64,000 nucleotides of DNA from Lama glama (lineage: Eukaryota): positions 8,310,001 through 8,374,000 of the forward strand of contig CM052818.1 in the NCBI GenBank assembly GCA_028534125.1, read 5' to 3'. Position numbers and translations under genes: made by a program. Each line of letters begins with the position of its first letter. Position 1 is the stretch's first letter. The notes below the pieces were generated by a model. The model did not search any database. It was not told where the DNA came from and saw only the letters and a program-made list of their open reading frames with translations. Positions 1 through 10,100 of this stretch are shown here, piece by piece.

Positions 1-624
1 GGACTAGAGAACTAGGCCTCGGCGGCGTAGCTCGCGCTGACCCGGGCTGGAAGGTCGAAACCTGGCTTCCCCAGTTGCCCCAAACCTGAGGGGCTACAGT
101 CAGGGGTCAGGTAGTGGTGCTAGGGAAGTGGGACTAAGGCCTCAGAGCACCTGTCGCTTCATCCCGCTTCACAGGAACTCAAATCAGATCTGGGACGCGA
201 GCGAGGAAGTTCAGGGAAAGAAGTTATAGCTAAAGAAGCCTCTAGCTCCTACCCCCCGGAACCCACGGCCTGGGCCGGGGAAACCCAGTTTGCAGGGAAG
301 GCGATGGAAGGGAAACACCCGGGGCTCTTGGGCCTATGGAGAACGGGAGTCGGCCACGGCGACTCTGCTAGGCTGCAGCGTGAGTTTTCAAATACTTTCT
401 TCAAACTTAGCACTTCTACTCGGTTACTTCGGCGGAGGCGGGGGAGGGGAGCGGGGCCGCAGCAGAACTCTGGGGTCGTCCGAGCACCAAGAGGAGAGCC
501 AGGCCGCTCCCCAACCCCGCCCATGTGCGGGGGTCCTGGGAAGCGGGCACCCGTTTGAGGAGGGGGAGGCAAGAGCAACCGACGAGTTCGTAGAGTCCCG
601 GGCGGCCCGCGGCTTTCTCCTTAC

Positions 625-693
625 CTGCCTTCAGCTGAGGGGGCCGCTCACCATCTACCTCGCGCCCTCACACAGACCCGCCGGGCGGCCAAC
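625..693 (-). other. OTX1: OTX1 non-coding (5' UTR) exon 2, 69 nt
   Basis: Minus strand reads ctctctgttttgcag|GTTGGCCGCCCGGCGGGTC...AGCTGAAGGCAG|gtaagg, with canonical acceptor and donor. It resembles the human OTX1 5' UTR as I recall it (GTTGGCTGCCCGGCGGGTC...GTAGATGGTGA...CAGCTGAGGGCAG). Confidence 0.85.
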
Positions 694-1051
694 CTGCAAA
701 ACAGAGAGGCACAGGAATTACCTGCCGGGCTGGGTGGTTGGTCTAGGGCCCCCAGATTTCTTTCTTTCCCCAACTTCCCTCCTCCCTTTCTCTTTTTTTC
801 CAGTGGCTTTGTGCGTGTCCCTCCAGGTTTCACTTTACTGCACACTTTGTTTGCAAAACCCTGTACGCTCCCGGGAGACTATCTCGCCCGGGACCGCGCC
901 GAGGGGCCCGCAAGGAGGAGGATGGGGGTGAGATGGGCAGAGTTGGGAGGTGGCTCGCGGTTGCTGTTGCACTCTGTGCAACGTGGAGGAGGTGGGGGCT
1001 GGGGAAGTCCTGCAGAGGCACTTTGCAAACTAAATAAATCAAGCGATTTAC

Positions 1052-1147
1052 CTTGTCGGAGTGCCTTGTCTTGCCCGGTTGTTTAGGTGATTGGAAATGT
1101 AGCCTGATGAAGATTGATCACCTTTCTACTGCCCTCCCCGGGTATGT
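1052..1147 (-). other. OTX1: OTX1 non-coding first exon (proximal promoter); TSS approximate
   Basis: Minus strand ACATACCCGGGGAGGGCAGTAGAAAGGTGATCAATCTTCATCAGGCTACATTTCCAATCACCTAAACAACC...CCGACAAG|gtaaat matches the recalled 5' end of human OTX1 mRNA. Its position just downstream of EHBP1 fits the known EHBP1-OTX1 synteny. Confidence 0.85.
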
Positions 1148-1320
1148 GAACGCGAGGTGAGTGCGTAACGGGGCGAGGCTGCCAATCCCTGGCCCCGCGC
1201 GGGCTGAGTGACAGGGAGCCGGGCAATGGCAGCACGAGCCGGGGGTTACCTCCGCGCGCCCCCGCCCTCCCCCGCCCCCTGCACCCCGCCCTCACCGCCC
1301 GCCCGCCCCGCCCCGGTCGC
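1148..1320 (-). promoter_or_regulatory. OTX1: OTX1 proximal core promoter: CCAAT motif and GC-box/G-rich array
   Basis: CCAAT at 1182-1186. Repeated CCCGCCC (Sp/KLF-type) motifs at ~1258-1315, which are G-runs on the minus strand. No TATA box is evident. Confidence 0.6.
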
Positions 1321-1789
1321 GCGCTAACTCCGGAGCTCGGCTGGCAAACGCCGCGCAGAGCGCGGCGAGGAAGGCGAGAGCAGTGCGGGAGCCCAGGCCG
1401 CTGAGGGGGGACGCTGGTCCCGAGGCCCCCCGCCCTTCTCTCGCCCTTTCGGCGCCCTGGAGGGAGTGGCAGAGAGAGGAGGCGAGGTGCTGGAGAACCG
1501 GTTCCCTCCCTCTCCAGCGCACCACCCTGCTCGGCGGCTGGGTTGGGGCGCGAGAACCCGGGAGCCGCAGACTGGAGGGGAGCGGGCCCCCGGCCCCCTC
1601 TCAGAGCCGCCAGCCCCAGCGTCTTCATTCACCGCGCCACGACCTGCAGACGGACGCCGCGGGCCGCTGGTGCTGGCACAGACTACTTTGCCGAGCGCGG
1701 GAGCAGCTCCGAGTGCGCAGATCCTGCCTCGGCGCCTCGGGACTCCTGCGCCCGGGAACAGCACCCGCAGGGCAGGCACCGCCACTTAC

Positions 1790-1900
1790 CTGCTCTTCGG
1801 CGTCTCCTGGGGTTCCCAGTCCCCACGAAGACTGTGTGCAAATCTTAAACGCTTCTTCAGAAATGTTGGCGCCCAGAGTCCCCTCCCCCTTACACACACT
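1790..1900 (-). other. OTX1: Probable alternative (distal) non-coding first exon of OTX1; 5' end approximate
   Basis: Perfect consensus donor GAGCAG|gtaagt at 1790/1789, ~740 bp upstream of the proximal first exon. This agrees with the recalled two-promoter structure of human OTX1. Confidence 0.6.
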
Positions 1901-4900
1901 CTCTACTTCTGAACCGAAAGATTTGGATAGGAAACTTTCTCTTTCCCGCTGTCTCCTTCCCCGTCTCCTACCACGGACAATCTGGTGGAAAACGTGGGCA
2001 CAGACCCCTGACCTCAATTTCTTTCCCACATGCCGCAGGAGCCTCCTTGAGGCGATCTCCCCGGATTGTTCGTACTGGCGAAGCCCATTTACTAGCCCCC
2101 CAAAACCTCCTCAAACACGTCTACCTGGGTGGACTTTTCAAAGCGCAAAAAAAGTGTTTTCGCCTCAACCCTGAAAAAGGCAATTCATTTAAATGGCAAC
2201 TCCTCCTGAATATTAGGCACGACTTTACTCCCTTTCGAGGAATTCCTACCGCTTCTTCCTAATCCCCCCTTCCCTCCACCCCAACGGGCAGAGTGAAAAG
2301 TTTGAACGGGAATAAGTGTGAGGGCGAGTCAGGGAGCCGCTGGGCGCATCGCGGTGGTGAGCGCTGGCGCTGCTGGGCCGCGGGGTCCCGCACCGAGAGC
2401 AGACGGGGCGCGGGGCAAGGAGTGGAAAAGGAAGGGGGAGCCCGCTGAGTGAAATGGGGCCGCGGCCGCCGCTCATCAAAGTGCTTTCCCCCTCCCCCAA
2501 GCGACACTTTCCTTTGGAGTCCGAATAAAATACGGTAACAGAATATGATGGAGGGCACACTGTTTCCTTAACTGCTTCTCAAAGGACCCGGGAGATCTTC
2601 TTAGGACCTTTAATAAGGCTTTGGTCGGTTCTTTTGTTGATCCCTCAAAATCAACTCCTTCTAATTGAAGTTGGAGCTGAAAGCGAGCTAATGTTCAAAG
2701 AAAGTGGCCGCCAGACTAACGAAATTACATTTTTTTTTGACGATGAGGGAACATCTAATCAAAGAGGCCAAAGAGGAGGGGTGGGAGCGGGGAAGTATGA
2801 AGGAAAAAAGGTTTTTACAAGATCCTTCTCTGGTTCACAAAAGTCAGCGACACGGGCGCTTCTCTCCAGAACAAAGACACCGCGGCCCAATGACAAAAGG
2901 GAGAGAAAGAGAGAGAAAACAATAAAAGAACGAGAGAAAAGGGAAAACATGAAAAAAAAAAAGCCTTAACAGGAAAAGAAACTGCGCAGAGCGCAGCGCT
3001 GACCCAAGCGGGGACACACCTTAGGCTCGCCCAGGCCCCCGCGGAGAGTAGCCAGCGAGGCCCCGGGCTCCGAGACCCCGAGATGTGCGGATATTTAAAG
3101 AAAGAAACGAAATACACCCTCGCCATCAGTTTTGGGGAAAGGCGCGGGCTGGGGTGCACTAGTTTGCGAGAGAAAGTATGCGGGCGCCCTGGGGTGAGCT
3201 TCGGGAAGGGGGGGTGCTCTGCGTCCCTAGCCCTGCTCTGTCCTGGCCCTGGCCTGCTCCCAGTGTGCCTGCGCCCAGTGTGTCGGGGCCTCAGTGCGTG
3301 CCTGTCCTGCCCGCCGCCCCCAAACTTTCGCACTCCTGCCTCCTTCCAGCCCTGTTTCGGTTGCAGCTGCCGCGCGGGGACGAGGTCTGGCGTGGCGAGG
3401 TGGGGTGGCTGTACGCGCTGGAATGTGCTCAAGCAGTCCCCAGGGCCCGCCACGCGGGATCCCGGCGCTCTCGATTCCAGATGCTGCTGCGGTCTCTGGG
3501 AAGTTGGGAGGTATCAAGTAGCAGGATTCCACCCTCCCTCCCCCCGCCCCATGAGAGTATTTATCTAATCCCAAATTGCAGGCGAATTTTCTTAATGCTC
3601 AACCCATAAAACCTCGGGATTAAGGGAAGAAAAAGAGCGAAAGCAGAGGGGAGAGGGAGGAGAGTAGAGAGGGAGGACTGAGATGAAAGTTTCTTGAATG
3701 CGGCGTAAAGGACTGAGGCAGCCGTCGCTAGGCAAATGTCCAGGTGGGAGATGCTGGGCCAGAAGCCGCGACCGTTCCAGCAACCGCCCCAGCTCAGGGA
3801 GGGGATGAGGGGGGCATCGCCCGGGGAGGGAATGTGGACCCAGCTCGAGGCCCCAGGGCCGGGGAGGAGGCGTGGGAGCTGGGCCCTGGCTCTAGCATCC
3901 AGGTGACCCCGAGGCCGGGCCAGACTCTGGAGGACACTTAGGACAGGGGGAGGGGTTTGGCTCCGTGGCCGTGGGATCCTGGCCAGGGGCGGAAGTTCTG
4001 CACCCGTTCGGGGGCTGTGCCCAAGCCAGCCCGCTGCCAACAACACTCCTCCTCGGCGACCCTGGGGCCCACAGCTTCGTTTACCACCGTGCGGGCTTTC
4101 GGGTTCCCGGCCTCTCGGCACACCGGGCTCGCGCCTGCGCCGGGGAAGCAACCTCTGGGCATCACGCGACGAAATCCGGACGCGGCGCCCTCGCCACGGG
4201 CCTGACCCCGCTGGTCCCCGGGGGCCGCGCTCCGCCGCCGCTGCGGGGCGTGCGGGCGCCACAGAGCAGCCCAAATGGAAACCCCGCGAGGCTCGGGGGA
4301 CTGAGGCAGGAGGGGCAGGCAGAGGGGCAGCAACTCTGGGGCTAGCGAAGGTTTGTCATTTGGCAGGTCGGGAGCGGTTTGGGGGAATCGCCTCTCTGCT
4401 AGGCTCCTCGGGAAGGAAGGTTCCCCGAATCCGAATCCGGCGTAAATGGAGTGGGTGACGCCGGCCGCCCAAGCCCCAGGCTGCTCCCGGCTGGCGGTTT
4501 CCGTTTGCCCGCTTTCCTGAGGTTAGAACCGGGTTCTGAGAGTCTCCCCCGAGAGCGGCAGCTCCCTCTGCTCCCCTGCTCGAATAAAAAGGGCGAATAC
4601 CCGATTTTTTAGTTCCAATAACTTTTCAGTAACTTCTTAATATTCTTGTCATGAGGAAATTATACTGTAGCAACGTTTTATCATTTTGAAAGACCTGAAA
4701 TTGAATGTGGCTGAATACTTTTCGAATTTGTGTATAGATATTTGTATGTATATGTACATATATGGGTGTATATATGAACTAGGCTAACTTACAAATGCTA
4801 GAAGACTGTTTTATCTGTCTCCAGACTTGTTGAACGAGCTTTCTTTGTTTCGGACGCCTCTATAGAGGAGTGATGGAAACCACCATAAAATTGCCCCCTT

Positions 4901-5404
4901 TTTTTTTTCTGTAGCCTAGAACTTCTTGTTAAAAGTTCTCTTTCTCTCTCGCATCTCATACACACACACCTGCACACACTTAACCCTCCCCCACCCCTCA
5001 AACAATAACCCTCTTCCTTTCTCTTAAGCACCTACCGACTTGCGGGTTATCAGAAGTCACAGTTCTTCCTCATGAGTGCAAAATTATAACAACTGAAAAT
5101 AACAAGATGTTAGCATTTTTTTTCAGTGCTGTGAAATCACGAATTTCCTCAAATCTTTAACACAGATGACCCTTTAAAAGATGAGAGTTTACCCTGGTTA
5201 AGAAAATATGACTAATTGCTTTTCAGTTCGCATTCGTGTGTCAGCAGGGCCCCTCTGGGGTGGTGTATTCAGCTCCAAATACAGCCCAGTATCCTGCCCT
5301 GTATTCAAGAGGACCTTTTTTCTCCCACATGAAAAGTCTTATGAATACAAAAACTTCTCCTCCAACCAGTGTCAAGTTTTCATTGCAAAGAAGTAGCAGC
5401 AGTG

Positions 5405-6390
5405 TTTAAGGTAAGAAAGTTTCTGCTTTTATTGAAAATTTATATATGACTCAGTATTGTAATAAATAAACACATAACCATTTTCACAAAAAATGACAGT
5501 GCTATGCTAGAGAAGAAAATATTAATTGGAGGATTTACTCATAGTGGCAAGACAGACTTTTATCAATACAGAATAAATATTAACAGCATTCTTGAGCCAA
5601 TTTTGAGACCCAACAAAATGTAGGAACCAAGCTAGATGTAATAAATAATTATCCAGAGAAAAAGATGGCGCATTCTCAGATGATAAGACTGTCTTTGTAA
5701 ACTGATGCATGTCAATTAGTCCCATCCTTACAGTTCACCTTCAAATCACAAGACTTGTCTCAGGCTATGTTAAAGGACCATCCTCTGAAGAAAGCAGAGG
5801 AGAACTCTATTATCCTTACAGTGAAATGCAAAATAACTGCAGAAAATCCCACTGGTAAATGGAACACAGTTTAATAAGTAAATTGAATATGATCTAACTA
5901 TAAAATTTAGGTAACAGAGTCAGTGTTACATATGACAGGACTGGAAAAAAAATCATTCATGACATTTTCCTTACCCTTCCCCTTAACCCCCCCTCCCACC
6001 CCTTGTTATGCTATTAACAACAACAAAAATGTTTTAAAAATTTCCTCCCATCAAAAAATGAGGGAAAATAATGAGAGAAGAGTTTATTTTTTCTTCTTTG
6101 AATAGTTTCTTGAACATTCCCAATACCAATCACTCACAAGATGTCTCTGCAAATCTACTTCACATGATTTCAAGGAAATGATTAACAACACACAAAAAAA
6201 TCCTTAAAGAAAGCTACTTCGGAGTTCTGTATATTATCGGGAAAGGAGGGCGGAAAAGGGGTGGTGGTGGTGATAAAGAAGTACAATCCAGCCAAACTAA
6301 ATGTTAAAAGTTTTAAAACAATGAGTCTGACTTTTCCTGGTCTGGGGACCCAAGACTAATAAAATGTTGGACAAGATTCTGGTCCAGCTG
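5405..6390 (-). other. EHBP1: EHBP1 3' UTR (3' end approximate)
   Basis: Follows the TAG at 6391-6393. U-rich, with TATTTATT elements near 5460-5470 and 5572-5580, and ends after AATAAA. Confidence 0.75.
5428..5433 (-). terminator. EHBP1: Polyadenylation signal AATAAA of EHBP1
   Basis: Plus-strand tttatt at 5428-5433, ~960 nt after the stop codon at the end of the U-rich UTR. A more proximal AATAAA lies at 6083-6088. Confidence 0.65.
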
Positions 6391-6481
6391 CTACTGAAGA
6401 ACACATTTCTCTTCTTTCTTGGCCATCTTGCCTTTGTTTTGCTCCAGAGTTCGTTCCAAATGCTCATCTTCTTCTTCGGCC
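6391..6481 (-). CDS. EHBP1: EHBP1 last coding exon: (Q)AEEEDEHLERTLEQNKGKMAKKEEKCVLQ*, CaaX motif
   Basis: cttccag|G acceptor, phase consistent with the previous exon. The peptide is the recognisable EHBP1 C-terminus ending in CVLQ. Confidence 0.97.
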
Positions 6482-7180
6482 CTGGAAGTCAAACAGGAAA
6501 CCAAATTATTTTTCTTCGTGGAGGGCAGGTCAGCGCTCCTCTCTCGCCCCACATTCCGAGCCCCAGAGGGAATGGGGATCGAAGGGCCGGAGGGAGGCTG
6601 CCACGGCCAACCCAAGACCTCTGGAGTGAACTTTCCGAAAACTTCTCGGCCCCTCAGCAGGCGGCAAAGCCTGGACCCCGACCCCACCACCCACTTACTG
6701 CTTCTCCTGCGCGTCCAGATCTCTGACTAGCGCGTCACGCTTGTCCACTAGGGCCACCAGCTCATCCAGCAGCAGTTGCTCACGTCGCTTCTGGGCCTCG
6801 GTTTTCTGCCAGTCTGCAGAGGACGGGAGGCTCGTTACCCACCCGCAGGGCCTCCGCACAACCGGCCCCCCACCCCACCTTGCCCTCCCCTTCCCGCCTT
6901 TTCCAGTTCCCTTGTATTTCTCTGCAAACCATATAGTGTTTTATGGGGAGTTTGGCCGTTGTGGTGAGGATTTCACCTCTAAACCCTACTTTTAAATATT
7001 TTTCGTAGATGGAGATAGCTACCGCCGGGCTGGAACATGTAAGAGACCTGGTGCGCGCCGGTGGCCACTCGGAGGTGCGCACCTGATTTCAGCCAAAGTG
7101 GGGGAGGGAGAGCTGGAGGCCCAGAAAAGGTCGGCCCGAGGGTTGGCGGTGGGGGATGCGGGTAAATGAGGAGGCGGGAA
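6480..7180. promoter_or_regulatory. Small intragenic CpG-rich island over the last EHBP1 exons/intron
   Basis: Local GC/CpG enrichment within otherwise AT-rich EHBP1 sequence. Confidence 0.65.
6699..6813 (-). CDS. EHBP1: EHBP1 coding exon (D)WQKTEAQKRREQLLLDELVALVDKRDALVRDLDAQEK(Q), bMERB domain
   Basis: ctctgcag| acceptor and |gtaagt donor; 115 nt, phase 1 to phase 2; open frame. Confidence 0.97.
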
Positions 7181-10100
7181 GCAGAGATGGGCGATAAAAT
7201 CATTCTGAAAAGGCTAGAGCCTCTGCCTGAGAACCTATCCTCCTCCCCCACCCCCATGCTCACCCCATACAGCCCATTCTTCGCTAATTTCCTCTTCGCT
7301 CTATTTTAGCAGTTGGATGTATCTCACACTGGGCGCCATATGCTTCACAATAACTTTAAAAGTAGTGAATCGGCTAATTAGCATTTTTCTTTGAAGTAAA
7401 AAATAAATTTGCTCTGCAATATTACACTGCAGCTCTCGATCGCATCACAGCCAGTTTTCTTTTGGAGAGGTTTGCTGGGTGGTTTCAAATCAAAGCACTT
7501 TTGCAGAGGACAAATTACATACTTCTTTTTGAAACCCTATGTTAAGGTTGGAAAATCCGATGGGCAGTGCTCCTTCCCCGGGTAGGAGCAGTATTTTGAA
7601 GGTTTTTAGGCCCCAATAATATATTTCCTAATCTTTGCTGGTCTGATAATTTCCTTAAGATGAGCAGCAGTTTCGTTTAATAAAAACAGGACCAAATCGA
7701 ACATTTAAAGCACTTTTTGAAACCAAAGCCAACTGCTCTCTGGCCAGACTGTAAGGGCTTGTAGCTGTCAATCAACCCCCAGTCTACCCCGCCTCCCTCA
7801 TTAGGAAGGTAAACAATGAAAAGAAGAAGTAGATGATGAGGCAGATAGCCGAACAAATGAGGACCTAGAGGGAAACAGGACACCAGCTTAAAAAAAAAAA
7901 AAAAAAACCTCTGGCCACTGACTCATGTAGCCCCCTCCCCCAGCAAATGCACTTTCCAAAAAACAGAGGGGAGTGCAATCCTTTCTGGTTTCTCTCTTCT
8001 CTCTCCATTGCCCTGGGCAATCATGTTAAAACTCACATGGCTGGTGCTTATTCAGATAAACCTAACAATGCACACCGCTGGTTACCATGTGAATCTTCAC
8101 AAACCACACAAGAATGTGCTGGTTCAAATCCCTCCGACCCCCTCCAAAGCAAAATTTATTCAAGACAGCAAACTGCTCAGCAGCTTTATGAAAGCAAATG
8201 GTGCTAGAGGGAATTCTATCTTGAATTTACAAATTAAAAATTAGATGCATCATCATGCAATAAAGGTTAGAATAGCAGCAAAAAGCTGGAATGGCTTATT
8301 CTATCACTATTCCTTTCATTTTAAGCTCAAATACATACACACATACATATGAAACATGCCATATATTAATTACCCACATTCGATACAAAACATCACACAA
8401 ATCATTACATTAAATAATTGGTCACATTACATTAAAAAGAAGTGAAATAGTCTGGCATAGAGAGGAATTAAGAAATGATTACTACGTAAAGTTTTTTTCT
8501 AAATGTAAGAATTTAAAAACTAATAATGAAACACCAAAATTGAAGAAAAGCCATATCTATCACAATTTTATTCCCTGGATTTAAATGCAACTGAGGTCAG
8601 GAATGCTGGACAATTTTCTAATCTGGTTCTTGTTCTTAATCAGTTTCATTCTACACAGCAGATAAATTAATAGTCTCCAGGTGGGAAAGATCCTAAAGGT
8701 CATCTAATTTCAGGTAACTGTAGTTCTAGAAATATTAACTCAGAGAAAAACCTGCTAAATTTGTAAAGATTTTGTAACTAAATTTTATAACTAGTAAGAT
8801 TACCAATTTTGATGAATATTAATTTTTCCATTTTCAACTTCAGTAAATCATTCTTATTATAAGCCTAATTTATAATTCTTTACTTCCAAAACATGGTGAC
8901 AAGAGCTTTACTACTGGAAAATAGATTTTCTCCACTCTAAACTTAAAAAATGTGATTAGGTTGAAAATTATAAAAATTTTTAAACAAAGAAAAAATAAAT
9001 CTTAATAGCAGACAATCTAAATTATTCCTTCTCTGCACTTGGTCACTTTTAAGGTTTTAATTAATAATTAGAGACATCAAAATTTCTTTGATTAAAAAAA
9101 GGTTTTATCAATATGGATAAAAGAGAAAATACTTTTTTAATCCCTGAAGTATTAATTTTTAAAATCTTACTTTTTCCTAGCTCAGTAATGAAATTTCCCC
9201 ATAACTGTAACAAAAACATTTTAAAGTTATGAATTTTTAGGTAATTTTCATCATTTTGTCACGATTTAACTGACATTGGAATTTAAAATGTTCCAGCATA
9301 AATTTATAGGATTTTTCACATTAAATCTATCATTACTACATTAATATCTATCTACAAATTATCAGTCAAATTGTAGAGAAAATACCTACGTGCAGTGAAC
9401 AGATTTTACACTTGCAAAACTACTTTTACTTCAGATTTGCTTTCTAATGGGAGCAAATTTCACACATTTGAATGCTAATTTGGGAAATTAAGTAAACAAT
9501 TTTGATGATTTTTTAAAAATGTAATAAGACCTTTAAAGTTGATCAACATTCATATTTGTATGTTCAAGTCTAAATTTAAAAATTTAAAAAATCTCCTTCG
9601 AAATAGCTTTACCTAGATATCATGTTTTAAAAACCTGCATTGTAAGTTTATGCGTTACCTGTCATGCATTTTAAGAAAGGATTACTCACCTATAACAGCT
9701 AGCTAGATGCACTGACTTTGGCTTGTACAGACTACAATGTGGGTTCTGATTAATTTAAAGATTCCAGTATACTTTTGCTACAAAAGCCATATCCTCTCAC
9801 AACAAATAGGATTAAGTTTTGATGCTGCATTTGAGCCAAAGTGTTGAAATAAAGAGATTCTGTTTATGTCCATCTGTGCTGAGCTGTTTTGTTAATTTCA
9901 AAAACCTCACAACTCTTTTTTATATATAGGGCCAATTATTCATTCCCTGATTCAGTTTATTTGCTGAAGTTGATAATTACCTTGGAAAAAAGGCAAAAGA
10001 AATACCTATAAACACTTTAATAGAAAGGACCTTAAGTTCTTGTAGTAAACCTTCAACCTTGCAACTATAAATAAGCCTGGCACTTTGATGAAAATTAACA

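Larger units (their letters stand above)
1..4570. promoter_or_regulatory. Large CpG island covering the OTX1 promoters/5' UTR exons and the EHBP1-OTX1 intergenic region
   Basis: Visibly GC-rich with abundant CpG/CGCG, in sharp contrast to the AT-rich DNA beyond ~4.6 kb. The many overlapping GC-rich ORFs here are typical CpG-island artefacts. Confidence 0.9.

Noticed and set aside
249..4345. Many overlapping 100-260 aa ORFs on both strands
   Set aside because: Pro/Gly/Arg/Ala-rich with no recognisable domain; expected from stop-codon scarcity in a CpG island. The OTX1 homeodomain CDS is not in the window.
6313..6393. Stop context TAG CAG CTG with a 25-codon open extension (possible read-through masking CaaX)
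   Set aside because: Only a partial match to the CARYYA read-through motif, and I have no evidence of conservation.
9690..9777. Exon-like unit tgtag|...TATAG|gtgagt on the minus strand
   Set aside because: 88 nt, frameshifting with an early stop and a short pyrimidine tract; not distinguishable from a chance pseudo-exon.
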